Part shown: in pieces, positions 7,735 to 17,294 of the stretch
Layout: every line of letters starts with the position of its first letter
Position numbering within the stretch: position 1 is the first letter of the stretch
Origin: Nitratidesulfovibrio vulgaris str. Hildenborough
GTDB lineage: Bacteria; Desulfobacterota; Desulfovibrionia; Desulfovibrionales; Desulfovibrionaceae
NCBI RefSeq assembly: GCF_000195755.1
Contig: NC_002937.3
Coordinates: 2,970,001 to 3,002,000, forward strand
Direction: 5' to 3'
Length of the DNA: 32,000 bases
Made by a program: the position numbers and the translations under genes
Notes under the pieces: model-generated
The model's database searches: none
What the model was told of the DNA's origin: nothing
What the model saw: only the letters and a program-made list of their open reading frames with translations

Positions 7735-8218
7735 GTGAAGGCGAAAATGAATAGCCGAGCGCGGGCCCATGGTCAAGGGGGAGCTTGGCAGGAGAGAACG
7801 CAGAGGGCGTTCAGCCCTCCCATGGCGACAGAAAAGCCTGTCTTGCGCGCGCAGGGCACATGCCATGTGGGACGCGACACGGCGATGCTGTCGCCCTGCG
7901 TGCGAGGCTACCGCTGCCTCAGTCGCATCGCCAACTCGAGCACGGTGCGGGTCTCCTACGCGGGAGCTCAGAGGGTACGCCGTTTAGTGGCCCCGATGAT
8001 ATCGGCCGCCTTCATGTGCGATGGGACGAGCATGAGCGGGGCACTGTCAACAAGGCCAGCGCCCCTGCGCCCCTCCTCGGGGACACGAACCCTTGACGTC
8101 CAACGTGCCTCGGCCTAGGCAGGGGCAAGCATCTGGCAGTTCGCATGGACGAAAAGCCTGCATACGACGTGCACCCCACAGCATTGTATCCGCAAGACAC
8201 CAACCCACCGGAATCAAC

Positions 8219-9715
8219 ATGACGTTCCGCACCTATGGCGACGTTGTCGCCCATCTCGAGGGGCTTGGCCTCTTTCATATGGATTTCGGACTCGACCGGA
8301 TGCATGCAGCCCTCGCCGCCCTCGACCTCACCCGTCCTCCCTACGCCGTGGCGCAGGTGGTGGGCACCAACGGCAAGGGCTCCACGTCGACCTTTCTCGC
8401 CTCCATCGCACAAGCGCACGGGCTGCGCACGGGTCTCTACACCTCTCCCCATTTCATCACACCGCGCGAACGCATCCGCATCGATGGCAGGATGCTCGAG
8501 GCCGACCAGTGGCCCCTTCTCGGCAACCGCATCCTCGACGCCGGCGGGGCCAACCTCACCTATTTCGAATTCCTGACCGTCCTCGGGGCTCTCGCCTTCC
8601 GAGAGGCAGGGGTGGACATGGCCGTCATCGAGGCGGGACTCGGTGGCACATGGGATGCGACCACGGCCCTTGCCGCCGACATCCTCTGCGTGACGCCCAT
8701 CGGCCTTGACCACCAGCATGTGCTCGGCCCCACCATCACCGCCATCGCCACCGACAAGGCCGGGGCCATGCGTGAAGGACATGTGGCCCTCACCGCCCCG
8801 CAATGCGGTGAGGCGTTCTCGGCCCTTGCACAGGCCGCCGCCACGCGAGGGACTCGGCTGGTACAGACCGCCGCCACGACGACACTCCCCGCCGGGACGC
8901 ACCTCGGACTCGCAGGCCCCCACCAGCGCGACAACGCGACACTGGCACTGGCCGCATGGCGCACCATCGCAGCCACACGGGGCTGGACGCCTTCCGAAGC
9001 GGCTGAACGGCATGGACTCGCCTCGGCGCACATCGCAGGCAGATTCCAGCGTGTCGAGGTGCGCCTCTCCGACCTGCCAGTGGCCGGGGTTCGTCCGGCT
9101 GATGTTCTTCCGGCTGGCTTCCATCCTTCCGATACGCATCCGGCCCGTATTCTCCCGGCAGACAGTTGCCCCTCGGAAAATTGCCCTTCGGGAGATTGTC
9201 CGGCTGGCCCCCCGCCCGACGTCACTATCCCCTCTTCCATCGAAGATACTCCGGATGCGGACACGACAAACCCGCATCCCTGCCGGTCGCTGCCGTTCAT
9301 CCTCGACGGGGCGCATAACACCCACGGCCTCACCGCACTGCGCACCGCGCTGGAAGCACAGGGCCTGCGCCCTGCAGCTGTCATCTTCTCGTGTCTCGCC
9401 GACAAGGATACGGAGGCCCTCGTGCCGCTGCTGCACGACATCGCCGCCGGTGCCCCTGTCATCGTGCCCACCATCGCCGACAACGAACGTGCAGCTGACG
9501 GTGCGACCCTCGCCCGCAGAATGGGGCCAAACGCCCGCGCCGTGCCACGCCTTCATGACGCCCTGCACGAAGCCGCGCGGCTGGCCGGAGACGTGACGCC
9601 AAAGCACCCGGTGCTGCTCTGCGGTTCCTTGTATTTGCTGGCCGAGTTCTTTACACTTCGGCCCGACCTTCTCGAATCACCCGCAGAAGCGACCGGTTGC
9701 GCTGCATCCCGCTGA
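8219..9715 (+). CDS. folC: Bifunctional folylpolyglutamate synthase / dihydrofolate synthase
   Basis: Mur-ligase P-loop VVGTNGKGST, then YTSPHF, EAGLGG, TPIGLDH, GRFQ and ILDGAHN motifs in canonical order. The start at ATG 8219 gives MTFRTYGDVVAHLE. Confidence 0.9.
   Translation: MTFRTYGDVVAHLEGLGLFHMDFGLDRMHAALAALDLTRPPYAVAQVVGTNGKGSTSTFLASIAQAHGLRTGLYTSPHFITPRERIRIDGRMLEADQWPLLGNRILDAGGANLTYFEFLTVLGALAFREAGVDMAVIEAGLGGTWDATTALAADILCVTPIGLDHQHVLGPTITAIATDKAGAMREGHVALTAPQCGEAFSALAQAAATRGTRLVQTAATTTLPAGTHLGLAGPHQRDNATLALAAWRTIAATRGWTPSEAAERHGLASAHIAGRFQRVEVRLSDLPVAGVRPADVLPAGFHPSDTHPARILPADSCPSENCPSGDCPAGPPPDVTIPSSIEDTPDADTTNPHPCRSLPFILDGAHNTHGLTALRTALEAQGLRPAAVIFSCLADKDTEALVPLLHDIAAGAPVIVPTIADNERAADGATLARRMGPNARAVPRLHDALHEAARLAGDVTPKHPVLLCGSLYLLAEFFTLRPDLLESPAEATGCAASR
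9094..9213 (+). repeat. In-frame tandem array of about eight 15-bp units inside folC, encoding P-[AS]-x-x-x pentapeptides
   Basis: The units read tccggctgatgttct / tccggctggcttcca / tccttccgatacgca / tccggcccgtattct / cccggcagacagttg / cccctcggaaaattg / cccttcgggagattg / tccggctggcccccc. They translate to PADVL PAGFH PSDTH PARIL PADSC PSENC PSGDC PAGPP. The array sits between the GRFQRVE and FILDGAHN motifs. Confidence 0.8.
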
Positions 9716-9886
9716 CAAGCGGGCCAACCACGGCGCGAAGGCGGGCAGGGCCCTCTTGCCTGCAACGACTTCATGCCGTGAACCAGACCAGCCAGCACGC
9801 ACCGGTTGTCGCGCCGCCATGACCGCATGGTCGCCACAGAGGCGATGCGACAGGCCTACTGCACCCAACATGACGAGGACTTTCGC

Positions 9887-11296
9887 GTGAACCGACTGTT
9901 CCGGGCCCTGCCATCTGTCGACGCCCTGCTTACGGCACTGACGACGCCGACACACGGCCACGACACTTTCGCCGACCTGCCTCGCGCCCTGCTTCGCGAC
10001 CTCGTGAACGACTTTCTCGACGCAAGGCGTGAGGACATCCGGCAGGGGCGCATCGACGCCCCCGAAAGCCTTGCCGCCGAAAGACTGCTGCCGTCTCTCG
10101 TCCAGTCCGTGGGCAGACGCAGCCGAGCCCATTTCCGGCGCGTGCTCAACGGCACCGGGGTGGTCATCCATACCAACCTCGGCCGTTCGCTTCTCGCCCC
10201 CGCCGCCACCGAAGCCGTCGCCGCCGCCTGCGCCCACTACTCCAATCTCGAGTTCGACCTCGACACGGGCGAGAGGGGCAGCCGCTACAGCCATGTCGAG
10301 CAGCTTCTGTGTCGTGTCACCGGGGCGGAGGCGGGCCTTGTGGTCAACAACAACGCCGCCGCCGTGCTGCTGGTGCTCGACACGCTGTGCAAGGGGGGCG
10401 AGGTGGTCGTCTCGCGCGGGCAGCTGGTGGAGATAGGCGGCAGCTTCCGCATCCCCGATGTCATGGAGAAGAGCGGCGCGACACTGCGCGAGGTCGGCGC
10501 CACCAACCGGACGCACCTGCGTGACTATGAGAACGCCATCAACGAGAAAACCGTGGCCCTGCTGCGTGTGCACACCTCGAACTACCGCGTTGTCGGCTTC
10601 CACAAGGAAGTGCCGCTCGACGAACTTGTGGCACTGGGGCGCGCCCGCGACCTTCCCGTCATCGAAGACCTCGGCAGCGGCAGCTTTCTCGATTTCACCC
10701 CGTGGGGCCTTCCCGGCGAACCCACGGTGCAGTCCGTGGTGGGCGCGGGGCCCGATGTGATCACCTTCTCCGGCGACAAGGTGCTGGGCGGCCCGCAGGC
10801 GGGGCTTATCGTTGGACGTCGCCAGTGGATAGACCGCATCAAGCGCAACCCGCTCAACCGTGCCCTGCGCATCGACAAGATGACGCTTGCCGCGCTTGAG
10901 GCCACCCTGCGCCTGTACCTCGACCCCGAACGCGCCCGGAACGAAGTCCCCACCCTGCGCATGATGACGGCATCGCCCGATGAACTGGCGCGACGCGCCC
11001 GTCGCCTTGCCGCACGGCTGCGCAAGGCGCTGGGCGACGCGGCCCGTGTGGGCACGGTGCCGGGCGTCTCGCGTGTGGGTGGCGGTTCGTTCCCCGAACG
11101 CGACCTGCCCACCACCCTCGTGGAGGTGGCCCCCGCCTCCTGCACCGCCACGGTGCTCAAGACGCGCCTTCTGGACACCGACCCGCCGCTGGTCGGCAGG
11201 CTGGAGAACGACACCTTCCGCCTCGACCCGCGCACCCTCGACGACGTCGAATTCGCCCCCGTCGCCACTGCCTTGCGGCAGGCACTGGGGCTGTAG
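9887..11296 (+). CDS. selA: L-seryl-tRNA(Sec) selenium transferase (selenocysteine synthase)
   Basis: The PLP-lysine motif FSGDKVLGGPQAGLIVG matches E. coli SelA FSGDKLLGGPQAG. The N-terminus LFRALPSVDALL resembles SelA LPAIDRLL. I preferred the GTG 9887 start (GAGGA 7 nt upstream); ATG 9845 or 9827 are also possible. Confidence 0.9.
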   Translation: MNRLFRALPSVDALLTALTTPTHGHDTFADLPRALLRDLVNDFLDARREDIRQGRIDAPESLAAERLLPSLVQSVGRRSRAHFRRVLNGTGVVIHTNLGRSLLAPAATEAVAAACAHYSNLEFDLDTGERGSRYSHVEQLLCRVTGAEAGLVVNNNAAAVLLVLDTLCKGGEVVVSRGQLVEIGGSFRIPDVMEKSGATLREVGATNRTHLRDYENAINEKTVALLRVHTSNYRVVGFHKEVPLDELVALGRARDLPVIEDLGSGSFLDFTPWGLPGEPTVQSVVGAGPDVITFSGDKVLGGPQAGLIVGRRQWIDRIKRNPLNRALRIDKMTLAALEATLRLYLDPERARNEVPTLRMMTASPDELARRARRLAARLRKALGDAARVGTVPGVSRVGGGSFPERDLPTTLVEVAPASCTATVLKTRLLDTDPPLVGRLENDTFRLDPRTLDDVEFAPVATALRQALGL

Positions 11297-11354
11297 TGCC
11301 ACCGAGCACAGACAGGAAAGAACACTGGCGGGCCCGTCCCGCAGGAGGAAATAG

Positions 11355-12758
11355 ATGACCCTAGACCTTGCCTTCTCCACACGTAATTGCTGGGAGACCT
11401 ACGCCAGCCAGACAGACGCGGCGGCCATGAACGACCTCGCCACGCGCTATGTAGACTTCCTCTCCCGCTGCAAGACCGAACGCGAGACCATCGACTATGT
11501 CGTCGAACGGTTGCGCACGGCTGGCTACACCGAGAACTTCGCCCACGACAGGGTGTACCGCGTCTTCAAGGGCAAGACCGTGTTCATCGCCCGCAAGGGC
11601 CGCCAGCCCCTCTCGCAGGGGATGCGCCTCATCGGCGCCCATGCCGATACGCCCCGCCTCGACCTCAAGCAGCGTCCGCTGCAGGAACAGGCAGGGGTGG
11701 GACAGGCCAAGACCCACTACTACGGCGGCATCCGCAAGTACCAGTGGCTGGCGCGCCCCCTCGCCATCCACGGCGTCGTGGTGCGTGAAGACGGCACGAC
11801 CGTGCAGGTGACCCTAGGCGAGGATGTGACAGAACCTGTCTTCACCATCGCCGACCTGCTGCCCCATCTCGCCCAGAAGCAGTCGGGGCAGACCGTGGCC
11901 GACGCGTTCGAAGCGGAGAAGCTGAACATCGTCATGGGCCATCGCCCGCAGCCGAAGCCCGAAACCGCCGGTGACGAAGCCGACGCCAAGGACGCGCCGG
12001 AGGCCAAAGACCCCATCAAGGCCCGTGTCCTCGCCCTGCTGCACGAGAAGTACGCCATCCGCGAAGAGGACCTCTACTCCGCCGAGTTGCAGGCCGTGCC
12101 CGCAGGCCCCGCGCGCTTCGTGGGCCTCGACGGTTCGCTGGTGGGCGGCTACGGGCAGGACGACCGCATCTGCGTCTTCGCTGCGCTCGAAGCCCTGCTC
12201 AACGCCGAGAACCCCGCCGCCCCCCAGTGCGTGCTCTTCTGGGACAAGGAGGAGATAGGGTCTGAAGGTTCCACGGGGGCCAAGTCGAAGTTCTTCGAAT
12301 ACTGCGTGGAAGACCTCATCCAGTCGTGGCAGCCCGCGGCGCGCTTCAGCGACGTGATGCTGAACACCCGCGCCGTCTCCGCCGACGTGCACGCCGCCCT
12401 CGACCCCGACTGGCAGGAATTGCACGAGAAGCTCAACGCCGCCACGATGGGCCACGGCCCCGTGTTCTGCAAGTTCACCGGACACCGGGGCAAGTACGAG
12501 GCCAACGACGCCCACCCCGAATACGTGGGCTGGCTGCGCGGCGTGCTCAACGAACGTGGCATCCCGTGGCAGATGGCCGAACTGGGCAAGGTCGACCAGG
12601 GCGGCGGCGGCACCGTTGCCATGTACCTCGCCGCCTATGGCATGGACATCATCGACTTCGGCCCTGCCGTACTCTCCATGCACAGCCCCTTCGAACTCGC
12701 CAGCGTGGCCGACCTGTATGCCACACGACTCGCCTATACGGCGTTCCTCGAACGCTGA
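11355..12758 (+). CDS. M18-family (aspartyl-type) aminopeptidase
   Basis: Motifs are IGAHADTPRLDLK, YGQDDR, FWDKEEIGSEGSTGA and SMHSPFE, which are typical M18/M42 metal ligands. AGGAGG lies 7 nt upstream of the ATG. Confidence 0.85.
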   Translation: MTLDLAFSTRNCWETYASQTDAAAMNDLATRYVDFLSRCKTERETIDYVVERLRTAGYTENFAHDRVYRVFKGKTVFIARKGRQPLSQGMRLIGAHADTPRLDLKQRPLQEQAGVGQAKTHYYGGIRKYQWLARPLAIHGVVVREDGTTVQVTLGEDVTEPVFTIADLLPHLAQKQSGQTVADAFEAEKLNIVMGHRPQPKPETAGDEADAKDAPEAKDPIKARVLALLHEKYAIREEDLYSAELQAVPAGPARFVGLDGSLVGGYGQDDRICVFAALEALLNAENPAAPQCVLFWDKEEIGSEGSTGAKSKFFEYCVEDLIQSWQPAARFSDVMLNTRAVSADVHAALDPDWQELHEKLNAATMGHGPVFCKFTGHRGKYEANDAHPEYVGWLRGVLNERGIPWQMAELGKVDQGGGGTVAMYLAAYGMDIIDFGPAVLSMHSPFELASVADLYATRLAYTAFLER

Positions 12759-12926
12759 CCGTTGAACCGGAGGGCGGGCAAAAGCCCGCTCACACATGCC
12801 GACGCCCCGCGACAGGGGTTGCCGCATCTCGCAGCGGACCGACCGCCGGGGTGGAGCACCACACCTCCGCCAGCCCCGCCAGCCGCACCCATCTACACCC
12901 CTCTCTCCCCACCGCAAGGAGGCCCC

Positions 12927-14120
12927 ATGCTCGACTTCACCTTCCATGTCCCCACCCGTATCGTGTTCGGTGCAGGCAGGCTCGAAGAACTGGGCAGGCT
13001 GCCGCTGCCCGGCGTCAAGCCTCTGGTGGTCGTCGGTGCAGGTGGTTCCATGCGGCGTCACGGGCACCTGGACAGGGTGCTCGCCCTGCTGCGCCAGAAC
13101 GGCTGCGAACCGATGCTCTTCGAGCGCGTCAGACCCAATCCCTCGCTGGTGCACGTGGACGAAGGGGCGTGCGTGGCACGCGCCAACGGCTGTGACTTCA
13201 TCGTCGGCCTCGGCGGCGGCAGCCCCATCGACGCGGCCAAGGCCATCGCCCTTGCCGCAGCCAACGGTGGCAGCTACTGGGACTACATCCAGAGTGGCAC
13301 AGGCGGCCGCCGCACCCCGCAGCACCCTGCGCTGCCCGTCGTCGCCATTCCGACCACGGCGGGCACGGGCACCGAAGCCGACCCGTGGACGGTGGTGACC
13401 CGTGACGAGACACAGGAGAAAATCGGCTGGGGCAACGACTCGACCTACCCGGTGCTGTCCATCGTCGACCCCGCGCTTACCATCACCGTCCCGCCCCGCA
13501 TCACCGCCATGACAGGCATGGATGCCTTCTTCCACGCCGTGGAAGCATATCTTTCCCTCTCGCGCCAGCCCTCAAGCGACCTGCTGGCACTGGAGGCCGT
13601 GAGCCTGCTGGCGCAATTCCTGCCACAGGCCGTCCGTCAGGGCGACAGCGTCGAGGTGCGTTCGATGGTCTCGTGGGCCAGCACCGCCGCTGGGCTGTGC
13701 GAATCGCTCTCTTCCTGCATCGCGCACCATTCGATGGAACACGCCCTCAGCGCCTACCACCCCGACCTGCCGCACGGCGCGGGCCTCGTGATGCTCTCGC
13801 TGCCGTTCTTCGAGGTCATGGCGCGGGTGCAACCCAAGCGTTGCGCCGACCTCGCCGCCACCATGGGGATGCCGTTGCATGGGCTGCCTCCGGCACAGCA
13901 GGGCATGGCCTTCGTCGAAGGGCTACGGTTGCTCATCCGCGCCGTGGGCCTCGATGACCTGCGCCTTGCCGACCATGGCATCACCGCCGCAGAGATTCCC
14001 GCGCTGGCGAAGAACGCCCGCGAGACCATGGGGGCGCTCTTTCCCCTGACGCCGGTGGACTTGCGCCCCGAAGACGTCGAAGCCATCTTCGCCAAGGCCC
14101 TCGCGGGCCCGACGGCCTGA
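12927..14120 (+). CDS. Iron-containing (group III) alcohol dehydrogenase
   Basis: Motifs are GLGGGSPIDAAKAIA, IPTTAGTGTE and HHSMEHALSAYHPDLPHGAG. The start at ATG 12927 is preceded by AAGGAGG. Confidence 0.9.
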   Translation: MLDFTFHVPTRIVFGAGRLEELGRLPLPGVKPLVVVGAGGSMRRHGHLDRVLALLRQNGCEPMLFERVRPNPSLVHVDEGACVARANGCDFIVGLGGGSPIDAAKAIALAAANGGSYWDYIQSGTGGRRTPQHPALPVVAIPTTAGTGTEADPWTVVTRDETQEKIGWGNDSTYPVLSIVDPALTITVPPRITAMTGMDAFFHAVEAYLSLSRQPSSDLLALEAVSLLAQFLPQAVRQGDSVEVRSMVSWASTAAGLCESLSSCIAHHSMEHALSAYHPDLPHGAGLVMLSLPFFEVMARVQPKRCADLAATMGMPLHGLPPAQQGMAFVEGLRLLIRAVGLDDLRLADHGITAAEIPALAKNARETMGALFPLTPVDLRPEDVEAIFAKALAGPTA

Positions 14121-14136
14121 CCACGAGCACTGCACG

Positions 14137-14154
14137 GGGGGGCCAACGCCCCCC
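14137..14154 (+). terminator. GC-rich hairpin downstream of the ADH gene (terminator-like, no U-tract)
   Basis: GGGGGGC-caac-GCCCCCC, a perfect 7-bp stem, lies 17 nt after the stop codon. No T-run follows, so intrinsic termination is unproven. Confidence 0.3.
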
Positions 14155-14226
14155 TGCCGACGAGGGCAATTTCACGCAATACGCCACCCCGCCTTGCCGG
14201 GTATGGTGCGAGGATGGAGAAGCCCC

Positions 14227-15066
14227 ATGCAGCCAAGCCATGACGTACGCTTCTGGCGCGACGCCGACCTCCCCGACCTCGAAGTCAAGCGTGTCGTGCG
14301 CAGTTCACACAGCTACCCCAGACATACCCATGACACGTATGTCGTGGGTGCCATGGAAGAAGGGGCCAGCTACTGTCTGGGGGCCACCCGGTCGAGTGCC
14401 GTCGTCGCAGCGGGGCAGTTGTGCCTCATCAATCCGGGGCAGGTCCACACAGGCGAACCCTTGCGGGACGTGCTCCCCACCTTTCGCATGTTCTACGTCG
14501 AACAGGCGTGGGTGAGGCGTCTTGCCAGCGAACTCACCGGGCGCGACGCCCATGAACCGGAGTTCGACGCCATCGTCCGCGCCGACCGCGAGATGCTCGA
14601 CGCCTTCATGCTGTGCAGCCACGCCATCATGCGGGGTGCGGAACGCCTCGCGAAGGAATCCGCCATGGTGCGGGCCTTCTCGTTGCTGCTCACCCGCGGT
14701 GCGGCCCTGCGTGCGGAACCGGCCCTGCGCCGTTCTCCGGCTTCGCGCCATGCCGGTCACATGGCGGTGTTGCGTGTGCGCGAACACCTCTCCGCCCATC
14801 TCGGCGGCAACGTCTCGCTGGAGGACCTCGCGGGGGCCACGGGCCTCAGCCGGTACCACCTGCTACGGGTGTTCCGGTCTGCCACGGGCATGACGCCCCA
14901 CGCCTACCACCTGCAATTGCGCGTGGAGAAGGCCAAGCACCTGCTACGTTCCGGCTGGACGCCAGCCGAGGCGGCGGCAGACACCGGGTTCGCCGACCAG
15001 AGTCACTTCACCAACACCTTCCGCCGTTTCGTGGGGGCCACGCCCGGCCAATACCTCAACGGGTGA
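14227..15066 (+). CDS. AraC-family transcriptional regulator (cupin-type N-domain + 2 x HTH)
   Basis: The C-terminus reads LEDLAGATGLSRYHLLRVFRSATGMTPHAYHLQLRVEKAKHLL...DTGFADQSHFTNTFRRFVGATPGQY. The N-terminus has a cupin-like YPRHTHDTYVVG. Confidence 0.9.
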   Translation: MQPSHDVRFWRDADLPDLEVKRVVRSSHSYPRHTHDTYVVGAMEEGASYCLGATRSSAVVAAGQLCLINPGQVHTGEPLRDVLPTFRMFYVEQAWVRRLASELTGRDAHEPEFDAIVRADREMLDAFMLCSHAIMRGAERLAKESAMVRAFSLLLTRGAALRAEPALRRSPASRHAGHMAVLRVREHLSAHLGGNVSLEDLAGATGLSRYHLLRVFRSATGMTPHAYHLQLRVEKAKHLLRSGWTPAEAAADTGFADQSHFTNTFRRFVGATPGQYLNG

Positions 15067-15316
15067 GGCACAGCCGCGACCGCAAGCCGAAGAGGAGGCA
15101 ACGCCATCAGGCGGGCGACGCCATCACAGCCTCACCGGTTCCAGCCTTGAATTGAGCCCTGCCGCCCGCAGGCGGACGACGCAACGTCCACCTGCCCTGC
15201 GGGCCGGACGCCACCGCATGGACGCGGCCCCACCGCAATTTTCTGCAACAACCCTCTCCAAGACAATCGCGCACCCATCTGCTAGACCTCCCCCCAGCAC
15301 AGGAGGAGAGACGCCC

Positions 15317-16285
15317 GTGGAAAGAGACACCGTACTGACAGCGACCCCGACCATCGACGCAGACCTCGCGGATGCGACGTCTTGCGCGACGCCCTCACGC
15401 ACGGCGGTATCGCCACTGTTGCCCGTACTCGCGGCACTCGCCGCCGTCGTCCTCTGGGGGGGAGCCTTCCCTGCCATGAAGGTCGCGGTGCAGACCCTCG
15501 GCACATGGCAGATGATGTGGGCACGCATGGTGTTCGCCCTGCTGCTGCTTGTGCCGCTGGCACGACGCCTCGCCCCCGCGCGCATCGAACGGCGCGACCT
15601 GCCGCTGCTGGCGGGCATGGCCCTGATGCAGCCCTGCCTCTACTTCCTGTGCGAATCGACGGCACTGCAACTCACCACCTCGTCACAGGCGGGCGTCATG
15701 GCCGCGTCCATGCCGCTGATGATGGCCGTGGGAGGCTTCCTCCTCGGCGAGAAGGTCAGCCCCCGGCTGTGGTTCGGCGTGGGGGTGTCGTGCATCGGCG
15801 TGGCATGGCTCACCTCCTCCGGTGGTGAAGGCGGAGGTTCAGCACCAGACCCGTTCACGGGCAACCTGCTTGAACTCGCGGCCATGGCCTGCGCCACAGG
15901 CTCATCGCTGTGCATCGGCGCGCTCATCTCGCGCGGCAAGGGGAGGTGGAACGCCCTGACGCTCACCGGCATCCAGACGCTGGCGGGGGCCGTCTTCTTC
16001 CTGCCGGGGGCACCCGGCGTCATCGGCGGCGTCGCGGACTGGTCGACGGAGGTCCTGCTTGCCGTCGTCTACCTCGGCGGGGCCTCATCGCTGGGGGCCT
16101 TCGGCCTCTACAACTGGGCACTGGGACACATGCCCGCCAGCCGCGCGGGCAACTTCATCAACCTCGTGCCCGTGGCCGCCATCTTCTTCGGCTGGCTTCT
16201 GCTGGGCGAGACGCTGACGACGACGCAGTACCTCGCCACCGGCCTTGTCATGGGTGGTGTTCTCATGGGCACCCGCGCCCGGTGA
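15317..16285 (+). CDS. EamA/DMT-superfamily permease
   Basis: It has about 10 predicted hydrophobic helices and a duplicated EamA-like layout (LWGGAFPAMK..., ...NFINLVPVAAIFFGWLLLGE). The GTG 15317 start is preceded by AGGAGGAGAG. Confidence 0.8.
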   Translation: MERDTVLTATPTIDADLADATSCATPSRTAVSPLLPVLAALAAVVLWGGAFPAMKVAVQTLGTWQMMWARMVFALLLLVPLARRLAPARIERRDLPLLAGMALMQPCLYFLCESTALQLTTSSQAGVMAASMPLMMAVGGFLLGEKVSPRLWFGVGVSCIGVAWLTSSGGEGGGSAPDPFTGNLLELAAMACATGSSLCIGALISRGKGRWNALTLTGIQTLAGAVFFLPGAPGVIGGVADWSTEVLLAVVYLGGASSLGAFGLYNWALGHMPASRAGNFINLVPVAAIFFGWLLLGETLTTTQYLATGLVMGGVLMGTRAR

Positions 16286-16318
16286 CCTTGCGATGACAGT
16301 CCGCTGACCGCGCGCTGA

Positions 16319-16352
16319 CCAGCCCAGCCAGACTGCGGAGAGGCTGGGCTGG
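16319..16352. terminator. Perfect 11-bp-stem hairpin between convergent genes (candidate bidirectional terminator)
   Basis: It reads CCAGCCCAGCC-agactgcggaga-GGCTGGGCTGG. It lies between the eamA-like stop (16285) and the ATPase stop (16467). There is no U-tract on either strand. Confidence 0.45.
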
Positions 16353-16377
16353 CTGCGAACAGGCTTTGGACAGGCCG

Positions 16378-16410
16378 CAGACGGGCCACAGACGGGCCAC
16401 AGACGGTCCG
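16378..16410. repeat. 11-bp tandem repeat x3 (CAGACGGGCCA CAGACGGGCCA CAGACGGtCCg)
   Basis: Read directly in the convergent intergenic region. Two units are perfect and the third is degenerate. Confidence 0.6.
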
Positions 16411-16466
16411 CCGAAGCCCTACTGCGCCGGACAGGGGGACGGATGAGGCGAAAGCCCGGAAGGGGT

Positions 16467-17294
16467 TCAGAGATAAGGCACGATCGTCCGGTGGGCCGTC
16501 CACGAATACGGAGGGCGGATGCCGAAATCGCGCACATGGTCGAGCACCTCGCAGGGCGGGCCGTACAACACCTGCCGCCCCTCATGCAGGACAAGCATGG
16601 CATCTGCGACATCCACCACCGGTTCGAGGTCGTGCACGGAGACGACCTGCGTGAGTCCTGCGGCACGATGCGCCACAAGCACGGCACGCAACTCCATGAT
16701 GGCGGGGTGGTCCAGCCCGCTGAAGGGTTCATCGAGCAACAACAGGTGCGGCCCCGTCAGCAACGCAGCGGCAAGACACAGTTTGCGCTTCTGCCCGTAG
16801 GACAGCGTATGCACCGGTTCGTCCCACTGGTGCCCGAGGCCGAAGCGGTCGGCCATGTCGCGGGCCGCGCCATGGGCTTCGGCATCGCCGGGGTCGAGGG
16901 CAAGACAGAGGTCTTCACCCACCGTGGCCCCCAGAATCTGCATGTCCGCGTCCTGCAACAGAAGCGCCGCCCCTTGCCGGAGTACCCGCGCGGCCTCACG
17001 CGCCTGTCGTGCGGATGGTGCGACCAGCCCCTCCCGCCTGTCACCGTCCTTCGCATCAGGCGCGTCACCCGGCCAGCCATTGGACCCCGCATCCGGCCCG
17101 CCGCCTAGCCTGATGCCCCCCGTGGATGGTCGCTGCAACCCTGCCAGCAGCGAAAGCAGCGACGACTTGCCGCTGCCGTTCACTCCGCACAGACACAGAA
17201 GCCCGCCCGCGGGCACGGAGAACGTCACACCTTCAAGGGCGGCGCGTTCAGCACCGGGGTAGCCGAAACCGAGGTCACGTACCGATAGCGTCAT
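16467..17294 (-). CDS. ABC/ECF-type transporter ATP-binding protein (BioM/CbiO-like)
   Basis: Walker A GVNGSGKSS, Q-loop LLLQDADMQ, signature LSYGQKRKL, Walker B LLLLDEPFSGLD, H-loop VSVHD. Its ATG overlaps the bioY stop (ATGA). Confidence 0.85.
   Translation of the reverse strand: MTLSVRDLGFGYPGAERAALEGVTFSVPAGGLLCLCGVNGSGKSSLLSLLAGLQRPSTGGIRLGGGPDAGSNGWPGDAPDAKDGDRREGLVAPSARQAREAARVLRQGAALLLQDADMQILGATVGEDLCLALDPGDAEAHGAARDMADRFGLGHQWDEPVHTLSYGQKRKLCLAAALLTGPHLLLLDEPFSGLDHPAIMELRAVLVAHRAAGLTQVVSVHDLEPVVDVADAMLVLHEGRQVLYGPPCEVLDHVRDFGIRPPYSWTAHRTIVPYL

Noticed and set aside
8012-13535. Very long minus-strand ORFs 8012..9607 (531 aa), 9677..11380 (567 aa) and 11814..13535 (573 aa)
   Set aside because: Each is antisense to a motif-rich housekeeping gene (folC, selA, M18 aminopeptidase/ADH). 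All are G/R/A/V/H-rich with no motifs, the classic GC3-driven open antisense frames.
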